The translations under genes and the position numbers were made by a program. DNA of 64,000 nt from Schizochytrium sp. TIO01 (lineage: Eukaryota > Protista > Bigyra: Labyrinthulomycetes): contig SMSO01000034.1 in the NCBI GenBank assembly GCA_004764695.1, positions 868,001-932,000 on the forward strand, written 5' to 3'. Below, in pieces: positions 10,739 through 22,396 of this stretch (within the stretch, counting starts at the first letter, position 1; every line of letters begins with the position of its first letter). Below the pieces are notes generated by a model that did not search any database, was not told where the DNA came from, and was given only the letters and a program-made list of their open reading frames with translations.

Positions 10739-12263
10739 TTAGTTGCCACCGCTGCCATCATAGTACTTGCTGGTGATTCCAGATGGGCCAGGGCCATCGC
10801 CATAGGAGCAATTGTAAATAGAGTTGAAGAAATTGTCATTCTCGCAAACAATTTCCTTGGCAATTTTGTATTTATAGGGCGCAATTGCCCGGCATCGACC
10901 TCGACACCAATGGCAATCACCTTTACCAACAGAGTAGTCACCGTACTGAAAAGCATTGATACAAATAGGTCTACGGTTGCGGTTCGTTCCACTAACAGGG
11001 AGTTCGTTGACCTGTTTGCAAGCATCCATAAGCATGGAATCTGGGCATGTTTCGAACTGTTTGCAGCCAAGATCTGCCCAAGGCCAATCCTCTGTTGGGC
11101 AAAGCTGGCTAGTTTCATATTTAGTGCCATCCTCCATCTTCTTAGGGCGGCAACCCATAAAGTTGTCGCCCTGGGAGTCGCACCAGGTGCACTTGCTTTT
11201 AAACTTGCTGGACTTGCACATCTTTTCAATAAGTGCCTTACGCTTTGCAGTCTTTTTACTGAGGTAGCGGTACATTTCATTCACACGAGAACATTCGACC
11301 CACTGTTTACGGTCCGGGCATTGCAATGTCTTCGTGGGACGATTAGTGGGACTTGGAGTAGGATTCTTTGTTGGCTCAGGTGTGGTTGGCGCTGCAGTCG
11401 GAATTGGAGTCGTGGGGCGGTTTGTAGGCTCAGGCGTCGGGGCCTTGGTAGGAATAGGAGTAGTGGGCGCTTGCGTTGGTGCTGGTGTAGGTTCTGGCGT
11501 GGGGGCGGCAGCAACCAAGATGATGGTTGCATTATCGGAACGGTCATAATTGTTGTCGTGCGCACCAGAAAAGCAATTTCTACTGTCTCGCTTTGCGTTT
11601 GACCAAATAGCCCACGTGATCGTTACTGGAGTTTCAGGTTCCATCGAAAACTCATACAAATCGGCGTTATCATTGCCAGTAGCACAGTTCTGAAAAGCAT
11701 CTTTGTAAATCCTCAAACCCAAATCAATATTAATCCAACGTAATGACTGTTGATGCCGAAGACTTGTTACGGTTAAGCGATCGGCGAAGCTGCAATCTCC
11801 ATACCCATTGGTAAAAATATCTGAGTAGGCACTAGCACTGCTCCATGAAAGCGCAGCGCATTCCTCATTCGATGAACAAGACTCCTTGGTCAAGGACTGG
11901 ATCTCAGCTTCGACGCCGGAACTGGCCACTCACTATAGCGATATGAACATTTCGTGCCGATTTCATGTAAAGCAAGTCTGATCCACTTGAGCCTGTACTC
12001 ACAATTTGCTGGGGGACTAGTCCTAGAGAAACACCCACGAGTTGGTCACCTTTTGCCGCGTTCCGCATACTTGTAATGGAGAAAATAAAGTCCACGTAAG
12101 GATCAGCATCGTCAACATAGGTCCAGCTATACTCGAGATTGCAGTAGGTCGAGGTATGGGTGACCACGTTACCGCCGAGAGTTACATAACCAGACTGTGC
12201 ATTTGCCGGTGTTAGAATTATCGCAACAACAGGAATTAGAGCAAACAAGGCTTGAGAAAACAT
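10739..12263 (-). CDS. Secreted Pro/Thr-repeat (mucin-like stalk) Cys-rich protein, split over two frames (12263-11904 and 11929-10739)
   Basis: Signal-peptide-like N-terminus MFSQALFALIPVVAIILTPANA-Q. PTPEPTPAPTQAPT... repeats. C-terminal duplicated CPD...C..VNE...C...CxWC...CR module. The frames overlap at 11904-11929, so joining them needs a 1-nt indel or a micro-intron. Confidence 0.7.
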
Positions 12264-13008
12264 TATATTGCCCGTTTCCTTCTAAGTCAGAATCTGGAGC
12301 TTCTTTGCTTGTCTGCGTCACCTCCGTTCGACTCGTCACACGTTCGAGAGGTCGAAGAATTGGCTTCCTTTTGTGTAAGGCAAGTCTATAGACTTAACTA
12401 GCCACACCCCGTCAAAGATCAAGCTCCGCACCTGCTCCGCGGTGGCGTGCTTGATTTGAATTTGCTTTGGTTGATAATATGAAGTTATGTACAACATTGA
12501 TCAAAACAGTTTACCTTACAGAACATATTGACCCATCCACGTCTCTTACATTCAAATATTTGTAAAACAAATGAAACTGGCAAAATATTATAGTGCCGTT
12601 ACAATTTGAGGTGAACCATTTTTCTTTCATTATTTTAAAAATTTAGTTTTAAAAGAAAAAAGTGTTTTCATAGAGTAAAAACAAAAAATGGAAAACACTA
12701 ATTTTGCGATTTTGTGATGATTATTACAAAGAAACAAACAAAGGCAAAAGCCTTGAGTTGAATTCAACCTACATAGAATCAGTATCAGTAATTATTATAT
12801 CATACAAAACCTGCTCTTAGAATTTGACTTTAGCTATTCACAAAACTCTAAAATCAGGGAAGTAGAATAAAAGAATAAATATAAACGTCTAGCTTATAAT
12901 ATAAAAGTTAATGTGTTGTTTTAATGATTTAAAAAATAAATAAAACTTAAATAACTGTCATCATATTGGCAAAAGTTAAATGGTAAAACAAGTACTAGAA
13001 CATGTTTG

Positions 13009-13232
13009 CCCCTCCCCCCGCCCCCCCTCCCCCTCGAGCTCCGACATAAAAAGAAATTGGGATTTCTTGGAGCTAGAAAGGCATTGCAAGTGCTTTTGAA
13101 AGTAGTTCCATCTGCCCCCCCCCCCCCCCCCCCCCCCTTTTTTTTTTTTAAACTTCAACATAATAATGTTATAGTAACTGAGCAATTCTTATTCCTATTC
13201 TGGTCTTCATGTTGACACCCCCCTCCCCCCCC
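13009..13232. repeat. Cluster of C-runs, including C23 (13115-13137) followed by T12; G-rich on the minus strand
   Basis: Directly visible homopolymer runs. Confidence 0.85.
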
Positions 13233-16200
13233 TTCCATTTTCAAAATGTTTAAATAAAAAAAGTTTTGGGCAGCTAAACCGAGTAACGTGCTCAGGACAT
13301 GCTAGCTTTACTGAGAAAGGTCTATCATTTATATCGTGTTTAAGGATAAAGCATTTCTGATTGGACTGGGTGTCATTTTGCAATGGTGAAATTTACCTGC
13401 TGCAAATCTCGATGTTTATTTTTTCCCGTCAGTTTTATTCTCAAATGAACTTGCAAACTTAGGTAATTATCACTTTGTAGTTCAAAAGAGAAAGAAAAAA
13501 TTGATAAAGAATAGCTTCGAAGTGTAACGTTTCGTACCAACGAGCAGCTTAAACCAAACACATGTTACATATATGGAGAGACAGGGCTCCACGTATGCCG
13601 TGCGTAAATGCTTAAAGCGTATCAAAGTGCGTAAAATGTAGGCTCTTAAACTTAAGATCAGATGCATCTTTGCTCCGCAATGATAATCAGTCATCTTAGT
13701 CTGATTCTCCAGCCCCAAAACTAGGAAGTTACAAAGGTACCGTCTCTTCTTTGTGAAAGGGTCTACTCATTTGGAGTTGGGCTAAATATAAACCACGCAT
13801 TATTTAATACCACCAATTCGCCAGTTTCCATGCTTGCTAATATATCAGTAATAATTAGAAAATCGCTTTCCTCAAATAACCAATCTATTTTTATTTTCTT
13901 TATTTTTATTTTTTAAACCCATTTTCAGCAGATCAATGGCAATCGACTGTGTTTCATAGTCTTTCGAAACCTTTGTCGAACTTTATAGAAGCTCCATGAT
14001 ATTGTATAATATAATTATAATTAATTTAAAGTAAATACAATTTTTTAAAATACATAAACAAATACTAGTTCAAAAAGAAAACGAAAACAAAAAAACACTT
14101 CATTCGGGATCGTGATTGTGATTCGACTGATAGGTGTGCATCTAATGCACATAGTAGATACTGGTGCGGGGGGGGCTTATTACAAATTTAGCCATTAGTA
14201 GAAGAATACTTAAAGCTACCAGCCCATTCATCAAAGGAGAAGCTTAGGAATTAAAGGAGGACCCAAGTAAGAGCGCGGCTGATTTCGTTCCCCCTTTTCG
14301 AAGGTATAGTGTTGACGCCATTCTTGATAATGGCTACTCAATTTTGAGTTGTGCATACCTATAAAAATATATTTGCTCAGACTCTTAGTACCTACCTCAA
14401 TATCTCTGCTCAAATTTGAAGCTCGCAATCTATGTTGCCCTTGCAAACAGTTATCCCAATAGATTATTCATATACGTTCAGTCTAAACATGCTCCACTTT
14501 GTACAGTTGCATATTGAATTCCGTTTCTTTATTTCGCATTACTCCAAGCTCTAGATATTATGCACAGCATAGTTATTGCAACGGAAAAGTAAAATAAAAA
14601 CTTAGACTTGAATCCTTGGGATAGTACATCTTCTTTCTTTTTTTAATTCTAAATATAAATATATATAATTTATTTATTTTAATAATAAAAAATAAAAAAA
14701 GTAAATAGGTACTCTATCTTCCCTAGTGCTGCGATTTAAGTTAATGTAAGGTGCATTATACACTTGGTGAAGCACTGGCAAAGAACATCTTGGAAAATTT
14801 TGTTGTTGAGCTAGATGGAGTTTCTTCCGCTTACTTTAAGATGAATTGCATTGATATGCGGAAAGGACATACTTTAAATGCCCATTCACACCTATTCTTC
14901 TCTTATTATCAGCGGCGGGGAGTTTTTTTTTTTTTTTCACGGACGCTTGAAGATTGATACTTTAGTGTATAACTCCTTACCAAATTAGCATAGTTGATGG
15001 TCTCGGAGTCAAAGAAATGAGCGACTGCTTTAACTTGCGTGTCTGCTTGTATTTAAGGTACCTATGATTAAAATTGAATAAAAGACTTACGTATCAACTT
15101 TCTCTCGAAATTAGTAATCACTCTCGCAAGTCTACCTTGCTTCCGTAGTCATAAGTAAACAGGAGGACACGAACGGGGGCTAGTTGTCTTGATGTTGCGC
15201 CAGAATAGTCGGTCGTAGACTACGAACACTCGAATATCCTCTGCCTTCTCAATAGATCTTGAATCATAGTTTTTCTCCAGGAATATTTTCGTCGCAGGAC
15301 GTTGGAAGGGAGACGATCATGCATGCCTGATTTTGTCGTCATTTCCGTTCAATATGTTAAGATGCAGTTTTATCGTTAAAAGGGAAAAGGAGGTTCATTT
15401 TGGCTAGGGACACGCGTCGCGAGAAGTTTATGTATCGTTAGGAATAATTACCAATATATCCTGCTTTGGAATCTTAGGTTCCCGATGTGGTTTAAGAAGA
15501 AGGACTTTGCTACTAGAAACGCGCAGCTTTGAATTTTACCGCAACTTGTGACTCCGAACTATGTAGAAAAGATGCTCATCTCAGAATCGTATACGCCATT
15601 TCGAAAACTTGCATAAACATAACCCTCGCACTAGTACTTTTCTAAAATTATATTAAGCTGAGATCGATATCTTAGGTACCAAAGTTGAGATCTTTCCTTC
15701 TGTAAAACGGACAGGTATTAAACAAACATGAGTAATATCCCTTTTAAATGAATATCTCGGGAAGAGTAATATGATACGACTCTGTAACATGTACTTCTTC
15801 CGTCAAGTCGAATTCCAAATAGAGATGTCCGTTTGTTCATCTAAGCTCACTTGTGATAACAGCTTCGACACAAATTTGTGCATGAACTGATATTTCCTTA
15901 TATGAGCTCACAGACAACTCACAAAAAAGCAGCTAGGCGCAAATTTTATCGATTGACCAAGCCTTTGCGATACAACTTTGCTTGAGAGAAGACGATTTGA
16001 TCAATAGAATATCCCAACTTTACGTAATAGGCGATGCTGGTTCCCTATGGCTTGTTCGTTGACATCAAGGAGTGTACTACGTACGTAGCGGACCTTGATG
16101 ATTCTAAACAAGCTTTAGAATATAACACATAGATCCATTAAGGTTCACACAGAAGTCTGTATTAGATTGCTATTCTCAAAGCTCATACCTGATAAAGTTT

Positions 16201-18140
16201 CGCGTGAAATGTGAGAGCAACGCATTTAGAGTTATCGAGCTTCCTTGAGATTTATCTTTAAAATGTTCATACTCTCCTGTTTTAGCTGTGACTCTGTCGC
16301 TTGGCGAGTTTGCAACAAGGCTTGGGAGTTTGGTTTTGCATCGAAGAGTCCCAAATGTATCAATACCTTGGCGGGTTACTGCCCAGAGCGAAGGTCACTG
16401 CAAAGCTTGCAAAACCAAGATATTGGTTTGCGGAAGATTTGATATAACAGTATGATCATGTCCAACGACAAAAGTCTTAAATCACTCGTTGTTAATAATA
16501 CAGGAAGTGAAATTTAGAGACACACGGGTTCGCGAGCAGAAACGCAACTCAAATTGTCCTGTCATAATTTCAGGATAAGAAAGGAGGAGGATCATTACCT
16601 TATCTTTGGTCTACTTAGCACAATTGGATATGCATAAGCACAGAGATCAAGCCTCGCAACAGTTGAAAATACTCTTCCTTTGAGGAGTCCGATGATGTAG
16701 GAGCACCAGATGCTTGACCTTTGGGCCAGACGTGACTTAGGCTATGCATAGTGGGATTAAGGTAGATGCATTTCTACCGCACAAGGTATGCGTCGAGGGG
16801 CTTTCCAATAAAAAGATCTGGGATCACTAAAAGATGTATCAAGAGGGCATATACACGCTCTTGCGCACACCAAATTAAAGAAGTTTCGACAACGCACTTT
16901 GGAGCTAACAGGGAAGGACAAAGGACATCCACGTTTGCTATAGCACTTGGTTCGACAGGTTGATGGGCTAGAAATATTGTGTACTACTATGTGATATTTG
17001 CACAGCGACGCTTAGTGGAGTTTGCTTATGCATTACCAAAGCATACCACAAAATTTGATTAGTAGAGCAAAGCTTCTTGAATTGGAAAGGCTCCATAAGG
17101 GCGAAACACTTCAAGACTTCAACGAAGCTAAACAGTTGAATCTGATGGTTGAGCATCCAACAAGCTTGAACATCTATCAAAATTGCTTGCCAAAACTAAT
17201 TCAACAGAGCAGGAAATGCGTTTAGGCTTGAGCTTGTTTTCGCTACAGCTACACAAAATTGATAGACCAGTTCCGTCCATGCGATGCGACGCAGTTCTTT
17301 GTGATACTGTTAAGTAGATAATTCAGTATTCGTTCAATCTGTAACGTCAACTGGGTGGGCCGTATTTAAAAGATGTACCAAGATAACTCGAAACCCAGAA
17401 CCGCCATCAACGGCAAGGGTACTGTTTAACGTGGCTGACTTTGTTTCTGATTTAAAGCCCCTCTCTCGCTCTTCTGAATTGCCTCGATGACGAACTCGTG
17501 AGTATCGACTTATGCTGTTTAATCACTGCATGTTGATTTAAAGTAAGTATTTTAAATAATACTAGTGAATCTAACAAAGGGAGTGAAAAGAAAGAAAATA
17601 GAAGATCGACGAAGGTTAAAGAAAACATATTATTCAAATTTGTGTATCTGGTGTGCTTAAGTAACCACTCGTTGTATACACTTTGATTGACAGATACCGC
17701 AAACGAGGCCTTCAAAAAAAGCATCAGATCGAGGTTTTATGGATAGATTTTATGCAAAGGTGCCAAAGAAAGTAAGGATCTTTACGAAAGAGGGGTGCTT
17801 TCAATAACATAATACACTAGTAGTAGGATCCAATTTGTATCGAAAAGTAGAGCTCGTTAGGCACGGAAATTAAATGCATGAATGTAGTCAGTAAATTTGC
17901 ACTCATTAAAGGACTGAACACTATACCATGGTACTAAACATTTGCACATGTATGAACTCCTGGCTCCTGCATCATTTTGTTTTTAATTATGCCATATACA
18001 TTGGACTGAATAAACAATCGACAAGCTAATCCAATTCTCTAGGCATGAGTTGTATATTCATAATTCCTCCAAACATGGCTTCATTCTGGCCAACCTTTGA
18101 AAATTTAACTCAAGACCGTTTTTGGTTCTGATGTGGCCTA

Positions 18141-19769
18141 CTAAGCTTTCCATTTGAATGTATTCGAAAAGTAGCCTTCACTGCCATTTTTCTTGTCGCC
18201 TGTTGCGAGCCTTTTGTCAGTAATTGCAGAAGGGATGTTGAGTTCCAAGATCGTTGTGTCGTCTTGAGCGAGTGTTTTGGTGTTTATCTTCTCTTTATCG
18301 TTAGAATCAGACAAAGCTGCAACAGGATTGTCGCGGAGGCGGTCCATGATTTCTTGGCGAGCTTTGGCCTCTGCGCTGCGATTATCATGTTTATAATGTG
18401 CAAAATCGATTTTCTTGTGTTTTTGGACTTTCTCCGTAAGTCGCATCTGCCCGCTACCACCTTTACCCAGGCGGCCAAACGTATTCCCCATGGCGGAATC
18501 GCCATATTCATCAGCTTCGGCCTCGCCAAAATTGACTCGGTTCATCTCACGACGCGTATCAGTCATGCCCAGACGTTCCTTAACAGCACGAGCACGTCGG
18601 CCTCCACGGCGTTTCTTTGAGATAGTTTGCGGAACAGGGAGTGCACGTTTGGTCTTCCCTGGAGGCGGCGCGTGCCACTTTTCAAGCTTACCACGGATTT
18701 CCTCATACCAAGATTTGCCCGCAGCACCGCTCTGGTCGCTTTTGGTATGGTCGAGTCGCGCTGCAAGAGCGACGCGTCCAGAAACCACACGCATGGCTTT
18801 TTTACGATGCTCCGCGAGGCATTCTTGCACAAGTGGGCATCCGTACAGCACGCCAAAATGTCGCATCGCAGCCACCCTTGAAAATCCGTTGAGAGCCGAG
18901 GCACCCTTACCAAGTACCATTACGTTACATGAAGGTATTTGAACCATTTTCTCTAGACCCCCTGCCACGCCCAGTACCTGAGCTGTGATCTCGCTACCGA
19001 GCAGAGCAGTCATATTAGGCGCAATCACAGCCATGCGACTCGCTACAAACGGAAGCAAAACATTTTTACGCACATCCTCCAGATTCTCGATAGCGTCACA
19101 GCCCTTCATTACCCCAAGGAGCTCGTGCTCTCCTAGAGCTTCTGTTTTCAGTCTTGAACCTGTCATGGAAACAGCCATAGACTGCGTGGCGGTCAGCACA
19201 CTTGAGAGGTCCAAGCTGGTCATGTCTGATTCATTACCGATAAGCTTAACGACGCGAGCATACGCTCTTGGATCTGGTACGTGCGACTGGAGCTCAGGGA
19301 ATCGTTTGCCGTAGACTTCGGTGAGCACTCCGTGAATTCGAGCAACTTCGTCTTCGATTGCATAGGAGATGTTGTTAGCTTCGACGACCATTTGGTATGC
19401 TTTGAGAGCAGCAGGGCCAGAGTCAAGGTCAGCGGCATCCATGGACGCAAGTTTACGTACACTTGAGACTTTGGCATTGAAATCTTTACTATCAACGAGT
19501 TGCTGCAAACTAGCGAGCTTAGAGGCCAAGCCGTCTTCGGCCTTTACGCCCGAGCCGTCTTCGGCCTTTACGTCCAACGTCTTGCCATCATCGTTGCTGT
19601 TGTTGCTATTGTTGCTGCTGACGTCTTTGTTACCACTTTTGCTGCTGTAGTTTTTAGCTTCATCAGATGTTGTGCCTTCTTTGTCCTGGCCAGAATCGTT
19701 TTCTTCTTCTTCGCTCAGGTCATCGAAGTCGTCCATGAGAGCATCGCGAGCGCTCATGGAGGCACTCAT
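18141..19769 (-). CDS. PRP31: U4/U6 snRNP protein Prp31
   Basis: NOSIC/Nop motifs YGKRFPEL, IAPNMTALLG, AGGL..IPSCNVMVLG, GRVALAARLD, plus the Prp31 C-terminal KKRRGGRR...ERLGMTDTRREMNRVNFG. Confidence 0.95.
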   Translation of the reverse strand: MSASMSARDALMDDFDDLSEEEENDSGQDKEGTTSDEAKNYSSKSGNKDVSSNNSNNSNDDGKTLDVKAEDGSGVKAEDGLASKLASLQQLVDSKDFNAKVSSVRKLASMDAADLDSGPAALKAYQMVVEANNISYAIEDEVARIHGVLTEVYGKRFPELQSHVPDPRAYARVVKLIGNESDMTSLDLSSVLTATQSMAVSMTGSRLKTEALGEHELLGVMKGCDAIENLEDVRKNVLLPFVASRMAVIAPNMTALLGSEITAQVLGVAGGLEKMVQIPSCNVMVLGKGASALNGFSRVAAMRHFGVLYGCPLVQECLAEHRKKAMRVVSGRVALAARLDHTKSDQSGAAGKSWYEEIRGKLEKWHAPPPGKTKRALPVPQTISKKRRGGRRARAVKERLGMTDTRREMNRVNFGEAEADEYGDSAMGNTFGRLGKGGSGQMRLTEKVQKHKKIDFAHYKHDNRSAEAKARQEIMDRLRDNPVAALSDSNDKEKINTKTLAQDDTTILELNIPSAITDKRLATGDKKNGSEGYFSNTFKWKA

Positions 19770-20469
19770 TGACAGATCTATAGAGTGAGCTAACTCAAGT
19801 AGAGTAGGGTATCCCTCCTAAAGTAGAGGCCAGGAACTATGCGATTTTACGATTGGCGTTTCAACTCCAAGTGAACGCGCCCTGTATGGCACAGAGGGTA
19901 GGTACCTAGTATTGTCTCTGCCATGAAAGAAACTAGTAATTCCTTAATTATGTAGTTAATAGATCATTTTTGTATGTATTCTTTGCATTCCTTGATCTTG
20001 CACGAGACAGGCCTACCATGGCAATGAATACTTTGACCGTCTTCCGCTATCCTTGATGTGAAAGTTCGAACGAGTTATTGTTCACGTAGTGAGGAAAAGC
20101 GAGAACCTGCTCACTCTCTATCCTGCTCCAAACACAATGGTTCCTACTCATACGTAGACATACTTTATCGCGGTATCCATTAATCGCTCCAGTCTGAACA
20201 ACACTAAGAACTTTCAGAACAATAGTGGAACGTCTAGAACGAAGGATTATAGAGAACGGTTTCTCGCTTTGTTTGTCTTCAAGAACCAGGTTACTTGAGG
20301 TGCAATCCCTAATCCCATCTTACTACAAGCTTTCCAGCTGCAAACCTCACCACTCGAGAGCCTGCTGCGTCCTCATTTGCTTTGTGTATAGTTCACCCTC
20401 TCCACTGGCGCTCTGCTTTTCTTTAGAGCAGCTAGCACTTGGTGCTTATAGATTCTCCTTGTCAACATC

Positions 20470-21900
20470 ATGTCCACAACGTCGGCCGAGGTGCCTAGCC
20501 TCCCGTTACGACGGCACGGCGCAGCAGATGCTGCTGTTCAGGCTGCCGCAGCGGAGGGATTCTTTCGTAATCTGATCCTGCTAGGCTTCGCACGGTCCGC
20601 GGAGGCTCGAGATGCGGGAGTCTCGGCGAGCCTTCGATCCGGTGCTGCGATGTTTGACTCTGCCAAGGCCAACGAGGCCGGTCTACTTGCAGCAGCTGCC
20701 TTCCTGTTACCAAGGGCATCGTCTTCGGGACCTTCCAAGGCCTCGTCGACTTCATCCAAGTCTGGAGCGGTGTCGTCAGGAGGCAGCATGGGCCACTTTG
20801 GTCTTATGGATGGTGGAACAATGCGGCGAGAACTCAAGGCACGCGTGAGGGAAGGCGTGCGCGAACTAGAAAGAACTAAGGCTGTGCCACTGGGTGCTTG
20901 CAGGCCATCTGCAGTGAACCATGCTCGTGGGAGAGCTGCCCAGACACTCGTGTGGACCCTTTCTGTCGCAGCGATGGACAACGCTATTCGAAAACGTGCT
21001 CTACAAAGCAAACAGAAACGACTACAGGGACGTGAGAAACGGGATCTGCATAGAGATCGGAAAGGAGGGAGTGTGGCGCAGGAAGACCATGCGAAAATCG
21101 ATGGAAGCCATGAAGTAAAGACTTCTATTCATGACTCCCAAGTTAGTTTTAAAAAAAATATCCAAGGTCGTGATGCTGAAGAAGTTGTTAATGAGTCCGA
21201 AGAAGACCTCGAAGAAGACCTCGAAGAACATCTTGAGGAGGAAGAAGAAGAGCTGCCGAGGCTGGAAAGCGACCGAGTTCTGCTATCAGCGAAGAGTGCC
21301 CATGAGCTGGTTGAGGAGTTTGGAGCTCTTGCAGCAGAGGAAGAAGCAAAGTTTGAACGAGTGTGTGCAGAGAAGGAGGCACATGTGCGGCAGATGGAGT
21401 CTTATGGAAAAGCTTTAGAGACGGAAGAAGCAGAGCTTACGCAAAAACTTACAAAATTGCGAAAAGAAGTCGAGGGACTCGAAGAGGAATTGAAGATAGA
21501 TCGAGAGAACGTTGCGGAGATGGAGGAGGAAGCGAGGAAGAATAGACAAGAGATTCTAGATATTGCAGAGAAAAACTGCGATACTGACCTGTTGAGAGAG
21601 CAGCTTGATATCCTTGCGGGGCAGCCAGAGGCGGAGGCAGGTGTAACCTTGCCGCAAGGCTTTGACGACCTACAACAGGTATTTGTGCAAGCACTCAAGC
21701 CGTTATTACAGGATTTGCAGTTTGCTTGCGAAGAAGTCGCTAGCAAAATCCCATCGGAGCTACCCGACCTTCGAAGAAGGCTCAAGGAACAGAAGATCAA
21801 TTTAAAACATGCAGAGATGAATCGTTCCATGGAAGAAGCCATTCTTAAGCGTGCGATGGTCGATAATGCTCGCTCAATTCTTGCGCAGGCCTTGCATTAA
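20470..21900 (+). CDS. Coiled-coil protein with a HAUS6/AUG6 (augmin subunit 6)-like N-terminal domain
   Basis: FFRNLILLGF...MFD..NE....AAFLL...RRELKARVREGVRELERTKAVP...GRAAQTLVWTLSVAAM follows the HAUS6_N pattern as recalled from animal and plant sequences. A long Glu-rich coiled coil follows. Confidence 0.65.
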   Translation: MSTTSAEVPSLPLRRHGAADAAVQAAAAEGFFRNLILLGFARSAEARDAGVSASLRSGAAMFDSAKANEAGLLAAAAFLLPRASSSGPSKASSTSSKSGAVSSGGSMGHFGLMDGGTMRRELKARVREGVRELERTKAVPLGACRPSAVNHARGRAAQTLVWTLSVAAMDNAIRKRALQSKQKRLQGREKRDLHRDRKGGSVAQEDHAKIDGSHEVKTSIHDSQVSFKKNIQGRDAEEVVNESEEDLEEDLEEHLEEEEEELPRLESDRVLLSAKSAHELVEEFGALAAEEEAKFERVCAEKEAHVRQMESYGKALETEEAELTQKLTKLRKEVEGLEEELKIDRENVAEMEEEARKNRQEILDIAEKNCDTDLLREQLDILAGQPEAEAGVTLPQGFDDLQQVFVQALKPLLQDLQFACEEVASKIPSELPDLRRRLKEQKINLKHAEMNRSMEEAILKRAMVDNARSILAQALH

Positions 21901-22396
21901 TCTTGATCCAGAAGCTATCATCTCGTTGTACTTGAGCATTTGTCTCATCTGGCTAACAATATTGTGTTTAGTTTTCAATTTTGTGAAATGGGAGAGGCAC
22001 AAAGAGCCTGCTAACACTGGAGATTTCCAGCCTTACTCCAGAGTCACCCCACGCCAAAAATTCCAAGTCGTGTTAAGTAATGACTGCCCTTCATTCATCT
22101 TTTGTACCATCTTGACCAATAGAAGCACAATTTAGTCGTAAAATGTGTGTAAGATTTCACATTTTTGACCTTCAAGAATAATAAAACAAGCAGAAGGATA
22201 CATCGTTTTCTAGTCAGTAAGAATAATTTCTGTTTTAAAGAACTAGCCAATTGGTAGCTCATCATCTACCAATTTTTTATCTTCCATAACGAACGACTCG
22301 TCAAATTTATAACAGATAATCTGACAGAAATAGCATCCAGAACTTTCGCATCAAAGTACACAATTCACGGCATGAAGGTAATTTGTAAGAATTCTC

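Noticed and set aside
10699-11602. Alternative-frame and antisense ORFs of 193 and 230 aa
   Set aside because: Shadows of the real PT/Cys-rich CDS. The same applies to antisense ORFs over PRP31, MTRR, PX and NEK.
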